DNA of 52,571 nucleotides, filler included, from Catajapyx aquilonaris (taxonomy: Eukaryota): assembly GCA_000934665.2 (NCBI GenBank). It is 3 parts of 3 records of this genome, joined end to end, with 100 filler letters (N's around TTAATTAATTAA, not from the genome) between each part and the next. Parts side by side here need not be neighbours in the genome. Positions count along the whole stretch, not along the records: positions 35,148 to 52,571 come from JYFJ02006951.1; 2 more parts are not named here. One strand, 5' to 3'. The position numbers were made by a program, and so were the translations under genes. Below, in pieces: positions 50,695 through 52,571 of this stretch. The notes under the pieces were generated by a model that had not been told where the DNA came from, did not search any database, and saw only the letters and a program-made list of their open reading frames with translations. Each line of letters starts with the position of its first letter. The stretch's first letter is position 1.

Positions 50695-50922
50695 ATGGGG
50701 TAGGGATAGGGATTGTTGAGGAGGGGACACTTGTGCAGGTGCAATGTCTTAACCTTTGGGCCATGTGCAATCCCCCAGAAGGTTAGGTTGCCAGACACCT
50801 CCTTGGTGCAGCTCAGAGACCCTCCCGACGCAGGTGGAAGGGAATTCCCAGGCGGGGATCGAACCTGGGACCTTCCACTCAGCAAGCCGAGACGTTACCA
50901 TCTCGGCCATCTACACCTCCCC
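50695..50922 (-). mobile_element. tRNA-derived SINE (second family)
   Basis: A box TGGCCGAGATGG and B box GGTTCGATCCC on the minus strand, followed by a non-tRNA body. Confidence 0.75.
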
Positions 50923-51459
50923 TCATAGGCATAAGTCTTAGTGCTGATTATCCCTAATAACTACACGTTGTATAATGCATTATGTATTATAATGTATTAT
51001 GCAAATCAACAGTCAAAACCCATTTTGTCATTGCTCCAATTTTACACCCTGGAACAGAATATGTTACTGCAAGAGCTATGCAAAAAGTGGGGATGGAAAA
51101 AAATTATTATCACTTGCTAGAAGAGGGTCACATGCTGAATATTTCCTTTATAGCTTCTAAGAATAAAATGACACACATTATTGCCAATTTGACAAATAGT
51201 TTGATTTATTTAAATTCATGGATCGGGATAGATAAATACAGTACATGATATTATTTTGGGAATGCAATCACCAAATGTCAGGTAGCATCAAACAGTGCAG
51301 GATAGATACATCATGTAAATAACAAATGACACGAACTTACAAGTTATAAAATGAGTTGTTTCATGTTTGCATATTACTACTTAAATGTATGTCATAGTCT
51401 AATCTACATATTATTTACTGGTGATAGGGAATATCTGGGAACATCCCTGCTTGTACAGG

Positions 51460-52062
51460 TAGTCCTGGCCCTAAGCGTTTTAACTTTGCACTTTGTGATA
51501 AGAAGGTGCCACTTGGCAGATATGTTCCTTAGCCCTATAGGAGCAATTCCAGAGTAGTTGCAGGCAACTGATCGGCCCCTTAGGTCACGAGTTATGCGGT
51601 GTTGCCAACATGGCCGGGGATGACCTGAGCGTTTTTAACGTTGCATTTTGTGATAAGAAGGTGCCGCTTGGCCCATATGTTCCCTAGGCCTGTAGGAGTC
51701 GTTTGAGAGATGGCGGCACGTGATCGGCTCCTTAGGTGAGGAGTTATGCGGTGTTCCCAACCTGGTCCGGGGACTAAGCGTTTTGAACTATTTTTAACTT
51801 CGCATTATGGGATTTTGGCAAGCATGTTCCCCAGGCCTAGAGGATCCATTTGAGAGTTGGCGGCACCTGAACAAAGTGCCGAGTTAAAACGCTTAGTTCC
51901 TTGATCATGTTGGAAACACCGCATAACTCGAGACCTAAGGGGCCGATCAGTTGCCTGCAACTCTGTAATTGCTCCTACAGGTCTAGGGAACATATGTGCC
52001 AAGTGGCACCTTATCACAAAGTGCAAGGTTAGGCCTGGTTTTTGCGCTTAGGGCCCGGACTA
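51460..52062. mobile_element. TIR element built from ~155-bp internal repeats (two and a half direct, one inverted)
   Basis: Ends TAGTCCTGGCCCTAAGCG / CGCTTAGGGCCCGGACTA. The repeat unit recurs at ~51470, 51625 and 51775, and inverted at 51885-52062. Confidence 0.75.
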
Positions 52063-52367
52063 AGGGTGACTCTAGTTTGGATAGTCATAGGTAATGTAAT
52101 TGCATTGTTGGTTAACAGTTGTGCCAACTCCTACTGTCAACAGTGCGAACTGATCCTTTACTGACTGTCAACAATCTGCCAGTTGGCACAACTGGAAGCC
52201 AACAATGCAATTCAATTAAGTTACCTATAATAATATGTATCCAGACTTTAGAGTCACCTTGTATTTTAATGTTATTCTATAGGGTACTCAAAAACTCGCG
52301 GAAAGTGGCCACGTAGCCTGATAGGACTCGCAAAACTAATATAGGGATGTGGAAGTAGTCTTGGGCT

Positions 52368-52570
52368 AACTTGCATAGTTTTTGCGTACGACGCGTCGTA
52401 CGCAAAAACTATGCAAGTTCCGAAATCTTAAAGACGTCGCGACGCCTTTAAGATTTCGGAAGTTTCATGACGTCACGTCCACCTTGAGGCCCCATTGCGT
52501 CATCACAGGGTCATCTACATGGTTGCCTCCCCCACCCTAGGTGGTCTAGGTGGGGGAGGCACTCATGTAG
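52368..52570. repeat. Cluster of three hairpins/palindromes
   Basis: Perfect 52-bp palindrome 52368-52419, 44-bp palindrome with one mismatch 52418-52461, and imperfect hairpin 52514-52570. Confidence 0.9.
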
Positions 52571-52571
52571 G

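Overview
Animal genomic DNA, almost certainly arthropod: it has spliceosomal introns, DrICE/Dcp-1-type caspases and insect-style Helitrons, MITEs and SINEs. The window is three contigs of similar, decreasing length (1-17520, 17621-35047, 35148-52571) joined by artificial 100-nt N44-TTAATTAATTAA-N44 spacers, so adjacency across spacers means nothing biologically. Contig 1 has no supportable gene, only TE remnants. Contig 2 carries a 4-exon orphan coiled-coil/zinc-finger gene (+). It faces two tandem, intact 5-exon effector caspases (-), one with a 145-aa Pro-rich C-terminal tail containing a TQT (LC8-type) motif, and many nested DNA transposons. Contig 3 carries a fibrinogen-related lectin gene with an apparent frameshift. 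It also has a triplicated unit made of a conserved tRNA-Gly-derived SINE plus a ~1.7-kb imperfect fold-back of decayed coding-like sequence, a template-switch triplication/inversion, and a T-shaped hairpin cluster at its end. All identity levels are by-eye estimates.
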